A DNA stretch of 64,000 bases from assembly GCA_964187785.1 (NCBI GenBank), contig OZ076409.1:31002001-31066000 (forward strand). Direction: 5' to 3'. Made by a program: the position numbers and the translations under genes. The notes beneath the pieces were generated by a model that was not told where the DNA came from, searched no databases, and saw only the letters and a list, made by a program, of their open reading frames with translations. The stretch is from Amphiscolops sp. MND2022. Lineage: Eukaryota. This document shows positions 1 to 13,000 of this stretch, piece by piece. Positions within the stretch are counted from its first letter, which is position 1. Each line of letters opens with the position of its first letter.

Positions 1-3000
1 AAGGTAAAGTTCACTTCGCGGCCGATGGTGTCCATCTGAATAAGGAGTTTGGTATAAACCATGCTGACCGAATGTTCAAAGAAGGAAATCAATCTGTTCT
101 TTGAATGTTCTTTTGTTGAATTTTAGACTGATTGTAGTGCTTGTAATCCGTTTAATGTTTCAGTTGACAGGGCCTGAAACAAAAACACCCGATCAATACT
201 TTCTGAATTACAGATAGAAAAACTGCAAAACGAATCTTATCGAACGAAAAACTGTCCTAGAACTTGAAAAGATCATGAAGTTCTAAGCTTTCAATCACGT
301 AGTTCGGTCAGAAAAAAAGAAGGCCAAAAGGAAGCTTTGGGAAGAAACTTCACTACTGAAAGGAACCTTCGAGAATCGAAAGTTTCATGCAAAATACAAG
401 CATCAAAAACACCAGCTAGGATTCTTCCAAAAACGAACTTTTCAAAAAAGAGAAAGCGAAAAAAACGTTAGAGAAATTTACGGTCACAAACATGACGAAA
501 ATTGAAAGAAAAATCACTACTGAAAAAAAACCTTCGCGAATCGGAATCTTCTGTGCAAAAAAAGCAGCAAAAACACCAGATAGGATTGTTTCAAAAACGA
601 AATTTAAAAAAAGTCGAGAAGCGAAACTTGAAAAGCAAACATTACTTTAAAGAAAAACCAAAAACGTCTGGGAACCCATGACAAAAGTTGTTAGAGGGCA
701 TCGTTATCGTCCTCCATGTGCAACACTACAGCTGAAGGTGTCAACTCGGATGATTCACCCAACACGTCATCACACATTAGCCACTCCACAAAAACATCAA
801 GTTGACAGGGTCTGAACCAGAAACATCCGATCAATACTCTCTGAACTACAGATAGAAAACTGGAAAACGAATCTTATCGAACAAAAAACTGTTCTAGAAC
901 TTGAAGATCATGAAGGTCTAGGCTTTCATTTAGGTAGTTCGGTCAGAAAAAAAGAAAGCCAAAAGGAAGTTTCGGGAAGAAAAATCACAACTGCAAGGAA
1001 CCTTCAAAAAACGCAATGTGAAAAGGCAAGCAGAAAAAAAACACCACTTAGGGTTGTTTCGAACACGAAGTTTTCAAAGAAGCAGAAAGCAAAAAACATC
1101 AGAAAGAAATCAACGACAACGAATACGACGAAACTTGAAAGAATTACCGAGAACGTCTGAGATCTCATGACCCGAGCGGTTAGAGAGAATTGTAATTAGT
1201 CTTCCAAGAGCAACACTACAGCTGGAGTTGTCAACTAGTTGCACAAAACATTCCGTTTCTCGAAGGTTCCTTTCAGTAGTGATTTTTCTTCCCAAACAAG
1301 TTAGTCCTCGTGATATTGAAGGCAAAGTTCACTTCGCGGCCGATGGTGTCCATCTGAATAAGGAGTTTGGTATAAACCATGCTGACCGAATGTTCAAAGA
1401 AGGAAATCAATCTGTTCTTTGAATGTTCTTTTGTTGAATTTTAGACTGATTCTAGTGCTTGTAATCCGTTTAATGTTTCAGTTGACAGGGCCTGAAACAA
1501 AAACACCCGATCAATACTTTCTGAATTACAGATAGAAAAACTGCAAAACGAATCTTATCGAACGAAAAACTGTCCTAGAACTTGAAAAGATCATGAAGTT
1601 CTAAGCTTTCAATCACGTAGTTCGGTCAGAAAAAAAGAAGGCCAAAAGGAAGCTTTGGGAAGAAACTTCACTACTGAAAGGAACCTTCGAGAATCGAAAG
1701 TTTCATGCAAAATACAAGCATCAAAAACACCAGCTAGGATTCTTCCAAAAACGAACTTTTCAAAAAAGAGAAAGCGAAAAAAACGTTAGAGAAATTTACG
1801 GTCACAAACATGACGAAAATTGAAAGAAAAATCACTACTGAAAAAAAACCTTCGCGAATCGGAATCTTCTGTGCAAAAAAAGCAGCAAAAACACCAGATA
1901 GGATTGTTTCAAAAACGAAATTAAAAAAAAAATCGAAAAGCGAAACTTGAAAAGCAAACATTACTTTAAAGAAAAACCAAAAACGTCTGGGAACCCATGA
2001 CAAAAGTTGTTAGAGGGCATCGTTATCGTCCTCCATGTGCAACACTACAGCTGAAGGTGTCAACTCGGATGATTCACCCAACACGTCATCACACATTAGC
2101 CACTCCACAAAAACATCAAGTTGACAGGGTCTGAACCAGAAACATCCGATCAATACTCTCTGAACTACAGATAGAAAACTGGAAAACGAATCTTATCGAA
2201 CAAAAAACTGTTCTAGAACTTGAAGATCATGAAGGTTTAGGCTTTCATTTAGGTAGTTCGGTCAGAAAAAAAGAAAGCCAAAAGGAAGTTTCGGGAAGAA
2301 AAATCACAACTGCAAGGAACCTTCAAAAAACGCAATGTGAAAAGGCAAGCAGAAAAAAACACCACTTAGGGTTGTTTCGAACACGAAGTTTTCAAAGAAG
2401 CAGAAAGCAAAAAACATCAGAAAGAAATCAACGACAACGAATACGACGAAACTTGAAAGAATTACCGAGAACGTCTGAGATCTCATGACCCGAGCGGTTA
2501 GAGAGAATTGTAATTAGTCTTCCAAGAGCAACACTACAGCTGGAGTTGTCAACTAGTTGCACAAAACATTCCGTTTCTCGAAGGTTCCTTTCAGTAGTGA
2601 TTTTTCTTCCCAAACAAGTTAGTCCTCGTGATATTGAAGGCAAAGTTCACTTCGCGGCCGATGGTGTCCATCTGAATAAGGAGTTTGACATAAACCATGC
2701 TGACCGAATGTTCAAAGAAGGAATTCAATCTGTTCTTTGAATGTTCTTTTGTTGAAGTTTAGACTGATTCTAGTGCTTGTAATCCGTTTAATGTTTCAGT
2801 TGACAGGGCCTGAAACAAAAACATCCGATCAATACTTTCTGAATTACAGATAGAAAAACTGCAAAACGAATCTTATCGAACGAAAAACTGTCCTAGAACT
2901 TGAAAAGATCATGAAGTTCTAGGCTTTCAATCAAGTAGTTCGGTCAGAAAAAAAGAAGGCCAATAGGAAGCTTTGGGAAGAAACTTCGCTACTGAAAGGA

Positions 3001-4873
3001 ACCTTCGAGAATCGAAAGTTTCATGCAAAATACAAGCAGCAAAAACACCAGCTAGGATTCTTTCAAAAACGAACTTTTCAAAAAAGAGAAAGCGAAAAAA
3101 AACGTTAGAAAAATCTACGGTCACAAACACGACGATAATTGAAAGAATTACCGAAAACGTCCGGGAACCCATGACCAAAGTAGTAAGAGAGCATTGTAAT
3201 CGTTTTTTGCGTCCAGCACTATTGCTGAAGCTGTCAACACGGATGATTCGCCATACACGTTTTCACGCATCAGCCATTCCGGAATCAAGTTGACTGTCTG
3301 AAACAAAAACAGCTTCAAATCAATAGTCCCCAAAATGCACGTAAAAACTCCAAAACGTATCTTATTGAACGAAAAACTGCCCTCGAACATCGGAAAGTCC
3401 TAGAGGCCTTTCATTCAAGCAGTTCAGCCACAGATAAAGAAGGCCAAAAGGAAATTTTGGGAAGAAAAATCACAACTGAAAGGAGCCTTCGAAAAACGAA
3501 ATGTTTCGTGAAAAGGCAAGCAGCAAAAAACACCACTTAGGGCTGTTTCGAACACGAAGTTTTCAAAAAAGCAGAAAGCAAAAAACATCAGAAAGAAATC
3601 AACGACAACAAATAGGACGAAACTTGAAAGAATTACCGAGAACGTCTGGTATCTCATGACCCGAGCCGTTAGAGAGAATCGTAATTGGTCTTCCAAGAGC
3701 AACACTACAGCTGGAGTTGTCAACTACTTGCACAAAACATTCCGTTTCTCCAAGGTTCCTTTCAGTAGTGATTTTACTTCCCAAACATGTTAGTCCTCGT
3801 GATATTGAAGGCAAAGTTCACTTCGCGGCCGATGGTGTCCATCTGAATAAGGAGTTTGGCATAAACCATGCTGACCGAATGTTCAAAGAAGGAATTCAAT
3901 CTGCTCTTTGAATGTTCTTTTGTTGAAGTTTAGACTGATTCTAGTGCTTGTAATCCGTTTAATGTTTCAGTTGACAGGGCCTGAAACAAAAACATCCGAT
4001 CAATACTTTCTGAATTACAGATAGAAAAACTGCAAAACGAATCTTATCGAACGAAAAACTGTCCTAGAACTTAAAAGATCATGAAGTTCTAGGCTTTCAA
4101 TCAAGTAGTTCGGTCAGAAAAAAAGAAGGCCAATAGGAAGCTTTGGGAAGAAACTTCGCTACTGAAAGGAACCTTCGAGAATCGAAAGTTTCATGCAAAA
4201 TACAAGCAGCAAAAACACCAGCTAGGATTCTTTCAAAAACGAACTTTTCAAAAAAGAGAAAGCGAAAAAAAACGTTAGAAAAATCTACGGTCACAAACAC
4301 GACGATAATTGAAAGAATTACCGAAAACGTCCGGGAACCCATGACCAAAGTAGTAAGAGAGCATTGTAATCGTTTTTTGCGTCCAGCACTATTGCTGAAG
4401 CTGTCAACACGGATGATTCGCCATACACGTTTTCACGCATCAGCCATTCCGGAATCAAGTTGACTGTCTGAAACAAAAACAGCTTCAAATCAATAGTCCC
4501 CAAAATGCACGTAAAAACTCCAAAACGTATCTTATTGAACGAAAAACTGCCCTCGAACATCGGAAAGTCCTAGAGGCCTTTCATTCAAGCAGTTCAGCCA
4601 CAGATAAAGAAGGCCAAAAGGAAATTTTGGGAAGAAAAATCACAACTGAAAGGAGCCTTCGAAAAACGAAATGTTTCGTGAAAAGGCAAGCAGCAAAAAA
4701 CACCACTTAGGGCTGTTTCGAACACGAAGTTTTCAAAAAAGCAGAAAGCAAAAAACATCAGAAAGAAATCAACGACAACAAATAGGACGAAACTTGAAAG
4801 AATTACCGAGAACGTCTGGTATCTCATGACCCGAGCCGTTAGAGAGAATCGTAATTGGTCTTCCAAGAGCAAC
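1..4873. repeat. Satellite 1, left part: higher-order tandem repeat (units 1318, 1318, 1171, 1170 bp) of diverged ~500-650 bp subunits
   Basis: Marker GATGGTGTCCATCTGAATAAGG recurs at 24, 1342, 2660 and 3831, and at 23321 after the LTR insertion. Identical short ORFs recur with the same period. The subunit motif GTTGACAGGG..TGAAAC/CAGAAACATCCGATCAATACT recurs within units. Confidence 0.95.
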
Positions 4874-5110
4874 TGTACTGACCTACATTAATAACCAATA
4901 GTATTTTAATGTTTATATAATGTACATTTATTTATTGAATGATTGTAAGTCTCTACTCCCTCAGAGAGAGAAAGTTAATAATCAGTATTTGGTTGACTTC
5001 CTTTTTGTTCTACTCTTACCATCAGAAATCTAGCTAGATAAACCTCGAATAAGCCTGTCTTAGTTAGTCTCTAAAATAACCACCACACAACTAAGAATTA
5101 AGGCAGCACA
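4874..5110 (+). repeat. 5' LTR (237 bp)
   Basis: TGTACTGACC...GGCAGCACA. Identical to the 3' LTR except one base (AAGTTAATAATC vs AAGTTATTAATC). Confidence 0.97.
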
Positions 5111-5113
5111 ATT

Positions 5114-5125
5114 TGGTGCGACTTG
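5114..5125 (+). promoter_or_regulatory. Putative primer-binding site
   Basis: TGGTGCGACTTG begins 3 nt after the 5' LTR; TGG is complementary to tRNA CCA. Cognate tRNA not identified. Confidence 0.7.
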
Positions 5126-5348
5126 TAAAAATTTTTCTTTTCGCCACTGAATGATTTCTCTTCTCTCAACAATACTACAAATACCACTCTCCATCTTTGA
5201 AATTCTTTGGAATTGCAGTGAAATTTTTCTAGAATTTCTTGAAAATTTAGTCTGTGACTTTCTGAATTTCATAAATAAATACATCATTGTTCGACATACA
5301 ATTTCTCCACTACAACAATTAATTCACATTTAACAAATTCTCTTCAAT

Positions 5349-5678
5349 ACCGGTTTATCACGTTTTCTAACACGTTGATACGGTTCTTCTTTCTGTTCTT
5401 CTTCTCACACCGGTTTATCACGTTTTCTAACACGTCGAAACGGTTTCATTTCAGACTGATTTATCCATTGTGACACAGTTCTGCTCCTCTTCTCTTTCCA
5501 GACTGATTTATCCACAAGTGACACAGTTCTGTTCTCTATACTGATTTATCACAGCTAATCCGGAAGCTTGTTGAAACAGTTCTTTGATGTTTGTCTGGTT
5601 TATCAAGGTTTTCTAACACCTTTGACACAGCAACATTTGTCTGGTTTATCAAGGTTTTCTAACACCTTTGACACAGCA
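5349..5678 (+). promoter_or_regulatory. Array of seven related RNA stem-loops in the 5' leader (candidate packaging/protein-binding signal)
   Basis: Seven copies of YGRTTTATC...GAHACRG enclosing hairpins. Inner stems covary (CGT/ACG vs GGT/ACC around TTTCTAAC). Confidence 0.55.
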
Positions 5679-6678
5679 AATTTCTTCGATCCTGCTATCT
5701 TGAACGTCAGGTGGACTCCTGGTGTAATAGTTGACTGAGTGCATGTCCAGCTTCGCTCACCTATAAGCACATACGTTTCAAGATCAACTTCGTGTTGGCA
5801 GAAAACCTGGATTTTCTACTTTTACGTTTTGGATCCATTTTCTACAAAAAGTTCGATAAAATAGTTTCAGAAATAGAATCTGAATACAAAAAAAAATAAG
5901 GCAACCAAGAATATCTATTACATACAACCAAGCCTCATTTCATTTCTTTCTTCTTGTCGACAAACAACACATATAATTCCCAATACTTAAACAACACATA
6001 AGCACATTCACAATTTTAACAACTGAGAAAAATAACTAACTTATACTTAAGTATATATTTCATACTTTTAACATAATTATACAAAACAATTATCTTAACA
6101 AATCTCCACATACACTCTTCACAACTCTTTCGCTTTAAAAGTAAGGCATGTAAATAAAAACCACACTGTAAAGGTAGTTTTCTATTTTCAGGCACCCGCA
6201 ATTCCTATCCCCTCCCGTAAGACTTAGACAATCAGACAGCTTTCCCAGCTTACTCTGATTCTAAGACTGACTAAAAACCTTAGTTAAGTGTAAACGTCAT
6301 TAAGGAGAATCGAGAGGACACCGAACTACGTTCGAATCTTCAAAATTCTCAGGAAGTAAAAGTAAAAGTAAAAGCAACGAAGATCAATCTTTGATCTTGA
6401 TCAGTATTGATCAGACTTTAGAAAGTGGACGTTGATTGTTCAGAGTTCCACTCCTTTAGTCTTAAAAAACCAAACTCACTTAAAATAAAATAACTTTAGT
6501 TTTCTGGATGTGTCAGTAACCTTATGTTAGACACTTTAGAGTAATCCAGACTTAAAATTTCATTTAGTTTCTGTTAGCAATCCTTTGAGGTTGAATACAG
6601 ATTCTACTGCATTCGCTTCTTTTTCTCTATCCAAAACTATTAACATCCCAAAGAACTTCAATATACAATACAAATTAT

Positions 6679-6852
6679 ATGATCCCTAACATATACAATC
6701 AACTTAATTATCCTTTCAATTTTTACATTCCGCCAATTAACTCACTTCAAAACCCTACCACAGAAGATTTTGAAAGACTAATTGAACGATATCAACAATA
6801 TTTTTTCTTTATTATACTTCACCAAAGACATTACCCAAGAGCTCCAACATAA
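6679..6852 (+). CDS. Putative 57-aa upstream ORF in the retroelement leader
   Basis: ATG...TAA, MIPNIYNQLNYPFNFYIPP...PRAPT. Below the ORF-track cutoff; A/T-ending codons like the element's long ORFs. Confidence 0.3.
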   Translation: MIPNIYNQLNYPFNFYIPPINSLQNPTTEDFERLIERYQQYFFFIILHQRHYPRAPT

Positions 6853-7018
6853 AATATTTCTACAAAAATTAATTTTAACGCTTTAATTTTCACATTATAA
6901 CATGTGGGAAAAAGTTACCACAGTAGTACTCATTACAACATACACGTTTTGTGTCTTATTTATAGTTTGTGTTCTTCTTGAAAAAATACTCACAGTAATA
7001 AGAGATAAACTTTAAAAT

Positions 7019-10000
7019 ATGTCTTTAGTAACAACCTTTCTACCTTTTCAAACACCCCTCATTAAAAATGCAAAAGTAGTAAAATTAGAATTAAACCCAT
7101 TTCTACAAAACATTATTTCACATTATACACAACCACTCCCATTTGAAAATGAACCCCATACACTCGAAACAATTCCTCTTATCAGAGAACATTTAGACAC
7201 TTACCTCTTCTATATCAGATATAAAGTTTTAACTATTACCACAGAATACCCCACTTTTCAAATATCCTTTCCTCAACAAGGACCTAATTCATCTCATATA
7301 TATAGAAGAACAATAAATCCTATAAATCTACAAGTTCCCATCAATCAAGTTTTTCACGCTTTTCTAAACAATGTAAAGGACCACAATCTAACAAATGATA
7401 CTCCAAGGTTTAGTCCAAATGCACTAGAAGATCTTGAACGATATATCAACAACTTCGATGTAGAGATTATTGAAAGAATAGTTAATCCTGAAGACAATCC
7501 TCATCATTGGTTACAAGCAGATATACTACGAATTCAAAACTTCATTTATCATTACTTCAAAGATTTAACATTAAATGATCAAACAATTTCTCAGATCAAA
7601 GTAATATCTTTATTTCTTAGAAAATACTTCAGATTTAATTATCAACTATTATGGTCACAACAAGATCAATCTGCTTTTACAGAATTTCCAGATCATTTTA
7701 CAGCAGACGAATGTTTACCATTCATCATCAATAAACAAAATGAAAATCCTTATTTTCATAAACCTCAATCAATTGCAAAACAAACTTTAGATTACATACG
7801 TTTTGATCCTCTACTAATTACAGAAAATATTACATTTCCAGACAATAGACCTTTTAGCTATGAACAAAGTTCTCAAGTCCAACAACATCTACATTCTAAT
7901 ATTAACAACCTTACTGAAAATGATAATACACCTCAGCAACAACATCAAAACGAACATGAAAACTATAATGAAAATGAATTTCCTACTCAAGAATCTACAA
8001 TTTCAACACATAATCCATCACAAACAGGAACTTCATCGGTACACACTCAATCATTTAGAGCTCCCACTAGAATTGTAGATCAAAGACGAAATACACGTAC
8101 TCCTCAATCCTCTTTGGATGCATCTCCAAATCGTAATATAACGTTCTTTATTCCAAACCCGGATGAAACACATGAAACACACGACGAAACTCATGATACT
8201 ATACAAGATGATGTTTTAACTACATCTATTGCTCAGAATACTTCTGTTAATGTTGCATCTCCAACAAGAACTATTCTTGATCCCACAAGATACATTACTC
8301 AATCTAGATATGATCCTCCATCAGTTCCTTCTATTTTCCGTTCAAATAGATCAGTTTCTTCAAATATCAATTACAATGAAAATCCTCAAACCTCAAATCA
8401 ACATTATGATCCGTTTAATTATAATTTTTATCCTTCATTTAATGCAACTACTAATACGAATATAAATCAAAATCATACCACTACAACACAAAATATACAT
8501 GCTCAAAATCAAGGAACTTCACATCCTTCTACATCTTATGCTCATGTTACACAAGCTCATCAAAGAAGACTTCAAAACCCTCCACTCACACGCATACCAA
8601 CTGATCCTTTATATCAAATGCATTCTAATCCAAATCCTAATCCTAATCCATTACCGCAAAATACAATTCAACATGTACCTCCTCAACACGCACAGCAATT
8701 AGCTACTCCTATTCAATATCTACCAATGCCACAAGATACTTTTATTAACATGTCCGCTTCAATACCAGAACCTATAAAACCTTTTGATGGTTTAGATCAC
8801 TCTTATACTCCAGAAGAATATTTACAACAAGTTGAAGCTAGATTAACCTTTGCCATAGGCGAAGAACCTCAAAATAATCCTATAAAATACAAATATTGGC
8901 ACAATAGACGCATGGCTTACATCCAATGTTCATTAACTGGAACAGCTCTCGATTGGTATACAAACCTTCATATATCTTATAAACAACAATGGAATTCCTT
9001 TGTACAACTATTCAAAAAACAATTTTCATCTCAAAAAACAGCTTACTACGCCCAAGTAGAAGCTATGTCACTCATGAAAAAGGACAATGAGACAGTACGC
9101 CATTTTGCTCTTAGAGTACAACAATTAGTTAAAAAAGGATGGTGTAATGAAAATACAGCTACAATAAACCTTAAAAATAATGAAATCTTCACAAAAGGAT
9201 TACCAAAAAAATTAAAAGATTTTGCCCATAAAAGACAAGTTAAACATGTATCAACATTACTTGAACCTTCGATACCATTTCACACACTTGTTAGACATGT
9301 TGATTCTGAAGACATTGCCAATGAGAAAATAAGAACTAATGACTTAGCTCTAGAAATAAACAAAGTATCGCTTGAAGATGATAACAGTAAAAAGGAATTT
9401 GAAAATGAAGATCATATAATGGTTACTCAATCTGGAGATCCAAATAACAAGAGCAAACCAGCTTATAGAAAATATTGTTCCTATTGTCACAAAAATAATC
9501 ATAGTATTTCAAATTGTTACCAAAAACAACGTGACGATGAATATCATAAACACAATAACCAAAGATCACGAACTCCTCAACAATCCTTTGTACAATATTT
9601 TCGTAGTAAACCTAATAATCCACAAGAAAATCAAAACAAGAATACAAATATTTACTCCTCAGACAACGATCGTAACAAATACAATCAAAATTACTTTAAC
9701 GATAGATATAGAGATAACGATAGATACCGCAGTAATAGTAGAGAAACTTTGCAAAACAACTATCGATCTAATTCTCGACAACGATATTACAATCGATCTC
9801 GAAGCCCATATAGATCTCGATTTGATAATTATTATCAAAGAAGAACTCCATCTAGATCTCCATATAGAACTCCATATAGAAATAACTCAAACTACAGATA
9901 TAACTCTCGCTCAAGATATAGATCACGTTCTCAATCACAAGAAAATTCCTTTAAACGATATAATCACCCATATAGATCTCCATCAAGACCTAGAGATTTT

Positions 10001-13000
10001 AGATCACGATCTAGAACACCCTCAAGAAACAGACAACAAAACAGAATAAATCAAGTAGATGTTAAAACCACAAAAGACAATGATAGTACAAAATTTGAAA
10101 TCCACACCTGTCAAACATCTGAAATAGCAAATACAATTACTCCTTATAGTTGGTTTTATCCACTATATGTTCACGCTTCTGAAACAAATGATAGTATATT
10201 ACCCACAAAATTAGAAATCTTATTCCTCTTAGATACTGGAGCATCTATATCCGTATTAAATTTACCAACATTCTACGTAATTTCCAAACAATTAAACATT
10301 AATGTTCCAACCAATCTTCAAAACCAAAGAGCCAAAACTCTTACAGTTGCAAATCAAACTGAAGTACCAATAATACATTATATTTCAATAACCTGTTTCA
10401 CTGAAGTAAATCATCAAACGCGATCCTTCAATATTGATTTCGCCGTAGCCAATATTAAATACAATATCCTTGGAACACCTTTTTTCAAAAACCACATCCA
10501 AAATATAGATTTTCAACAAAACGTTATGACTTACAAAGAACAACACTCAACTCTTCCAATAAAGACTACATTCTCTACATTTACAGAAAAAGATTACCCA
10601 TATATTTCTTATATTTACACGATTAAATGCAAAGAACCAATTCACTTTAAACCAAGGTCAGGAAAAACAATTTATTTCCCAATAAAAAACTACTCACACT
10701 TACACTTTGAACTCGAAGACAATACAAAATTTTATCCAACAAATCCATATACATATTTTTTACAAAAATTCAAAAATATCTTTCATTTCCTAGACATGAT
10801 GACCAATGACAAAAGCAAAGACTCTTGTGCAACAATAATTCAAAACTTTACATCTCAACCAGCTACATTACCACGAGGAATCATTGGATACATAGAAATA
10901 CCTATTACTCAAACAACTCCTTCTCACTATAGAGTTCATGATGTAAACTCACTCATTCACTCTGTAATACATGCGTATCATCCTGATATCACAACTCCGA
11001 TTAAACCAAATCCATATACAGATATGAACTTATGCACTAGAGTAACACCACAGTCTCTATTAGAAATAAACAAGATAGAAATAAAGGATAAAACACTTCA
11101 ACTTCCTATTCCTTCTGTTATTGGAAACCTTCAACCCTCAGATAAAATTCGAAAAGATTTTCCTCCTTTACCCTATTCTACAGAAAATCAACAATTTATA
11201 AAAAAGTTTAACTTTGAATACTCAGATTTAACTGATACTGAATATGTGAACCTGTGTAATATTTTAATCAATAATCAACATTGCTACGCCAAACATAAAA
11301 ACGATGTAGGAAAAATTTCTACTCCCTTTCGAATTAGAATAAAAGACAACTGTAAACTTCATACACAAAGACCTTCTAAAGTACCAATTCATTATAGAGA
11401 TAGACTAAATAAACTTTTACAAGAACTCGAAAAATACAATATAATCAAACAAATTGGTTCAAAGACAGATGAAAAACATACAATTGGAACAACATTTTTA
11501 AATCCTCTAATAATTATCCCAAAAGGAGATTCAATAAAGGTAGTTTTAGATGCAAGACATTTAAACTCAAACACCAACCAAGAACTTGAATCTTGGCCTA
11601 TTGAACCTTTGGCTCCTCAGTTAGCAAGAGCTAATAAAAAATACAAATCAACCATTGATCTAATGTATGCATATGCTCATACACCATTAGACGAAGAAAC
11701 AATTAAACTTACAGGATTCTCATCAGGTGACAAACTATATGCCTTTATCCGTGGATTCTATGGATTAAAAGGACTTCCAAACTTTTTCACAAAACAAATG
11801 TCAACTTTCTTCAGATCACTTATAGACAAACGTTCTGCATTAGTTTATATCGATGATATTTTACTACTCGCTAATGAAAAACAAGAAATGTTTGAACTTA
11901 TAAAAGAATTACATATAATAGCATCTAGAGAAAATCTTAAACTTGCACCCGAAAAATCATTTTATATGTTACTCAAAGTCAAATTCCTTGGACATGAAAT
12001 TGGCAACAATACCATCAAACCAATTCCATCCAAAATCGAAGCTATTAAACGAATTCCATCACCAAAAGAAAAGAAAGATGTTATGCAATTTCTTGGCAGT
12101 GTTAATTTCTATTCAAAGTTCATTGAAAAACTTCATATAAATCTTAAACCATTGTATACACTATTGCATGACGACGTCAAATTCCAATGGACACCTGAAT
12201 TGGAAGCAATATTTCAAAATGTTAAAAATGCAATGACAGCAGACACTGAATTAACAATACCCAATACAACAAATCCATTTTTCATAACAGTAGATGCCTC
12301 GTTAGTTGGTTTAGGCGCAGTCTTATTCCAAATGAATGAAGAAAACAAAATGAAAGTAATCTCTTATAACTCAAGAATTCTTAACACACAAGAACAAAAG
12401 CTTTCAACTTTAGACAGAGAACTCCTCGCAATAGTTTACGCATTACAAATATATGAATTTTTGATCATCGGATCCCCTCATCCTATATACCTTTTTACAG
12501 ATCACAAACCTTTACTACATTGTTTCGCAAAGAAAGGAAATCTTAGTCCTAGATTCTATAGAGCACAAATGCAACTAACCAAATTCTCCAAACTGAAAAT
12601 CATTCATACACCTGGAAAAAACTTAACTGTAGCAGATATGCTTTCACGAACCTTTACAAAAGAACAATTACAAGTCCATCAATTACGTCACAAACAATTA
12701 CCACCTCAAATAGAATTCTCTATCTTGAAAGACAATCAAATCAAACCAGTACATTATCTAGTAAAGCATGAAGAAATTAAATATAACCAGAAGAATGACT
12801 GTCATCCTATCCTTGCTGATTATGGAGACGACCAATTCTCAATCCGCATTAATAACAAAGGAGAAGATATTCACATAAAGCCTTTAGACTCATTCTCTTT
12901 TCAATCTATTGTTCCATTTGAATCAAAGTATAAAAGGCCTACAAAAAATCAAGCAAAATCTCTTTTACAACAATCGACAATTCTTAATGATACTGATATT

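Noticed and set aside
1110..4872. Short ORFs in satellite 1 as genes
   Set aside because: They recur with the repeat period on both strands and mostly lack ATG starts; by-products of the satellite (only the DGVHL fragment is noted separately).
5452..5580. Hammerhead ribozyme in the leader (CTGA...GAAA)
   Set aside because: The core reads CTGATTT, not CTGANGA, and no three-way junction with a cleavage triplet is evident.
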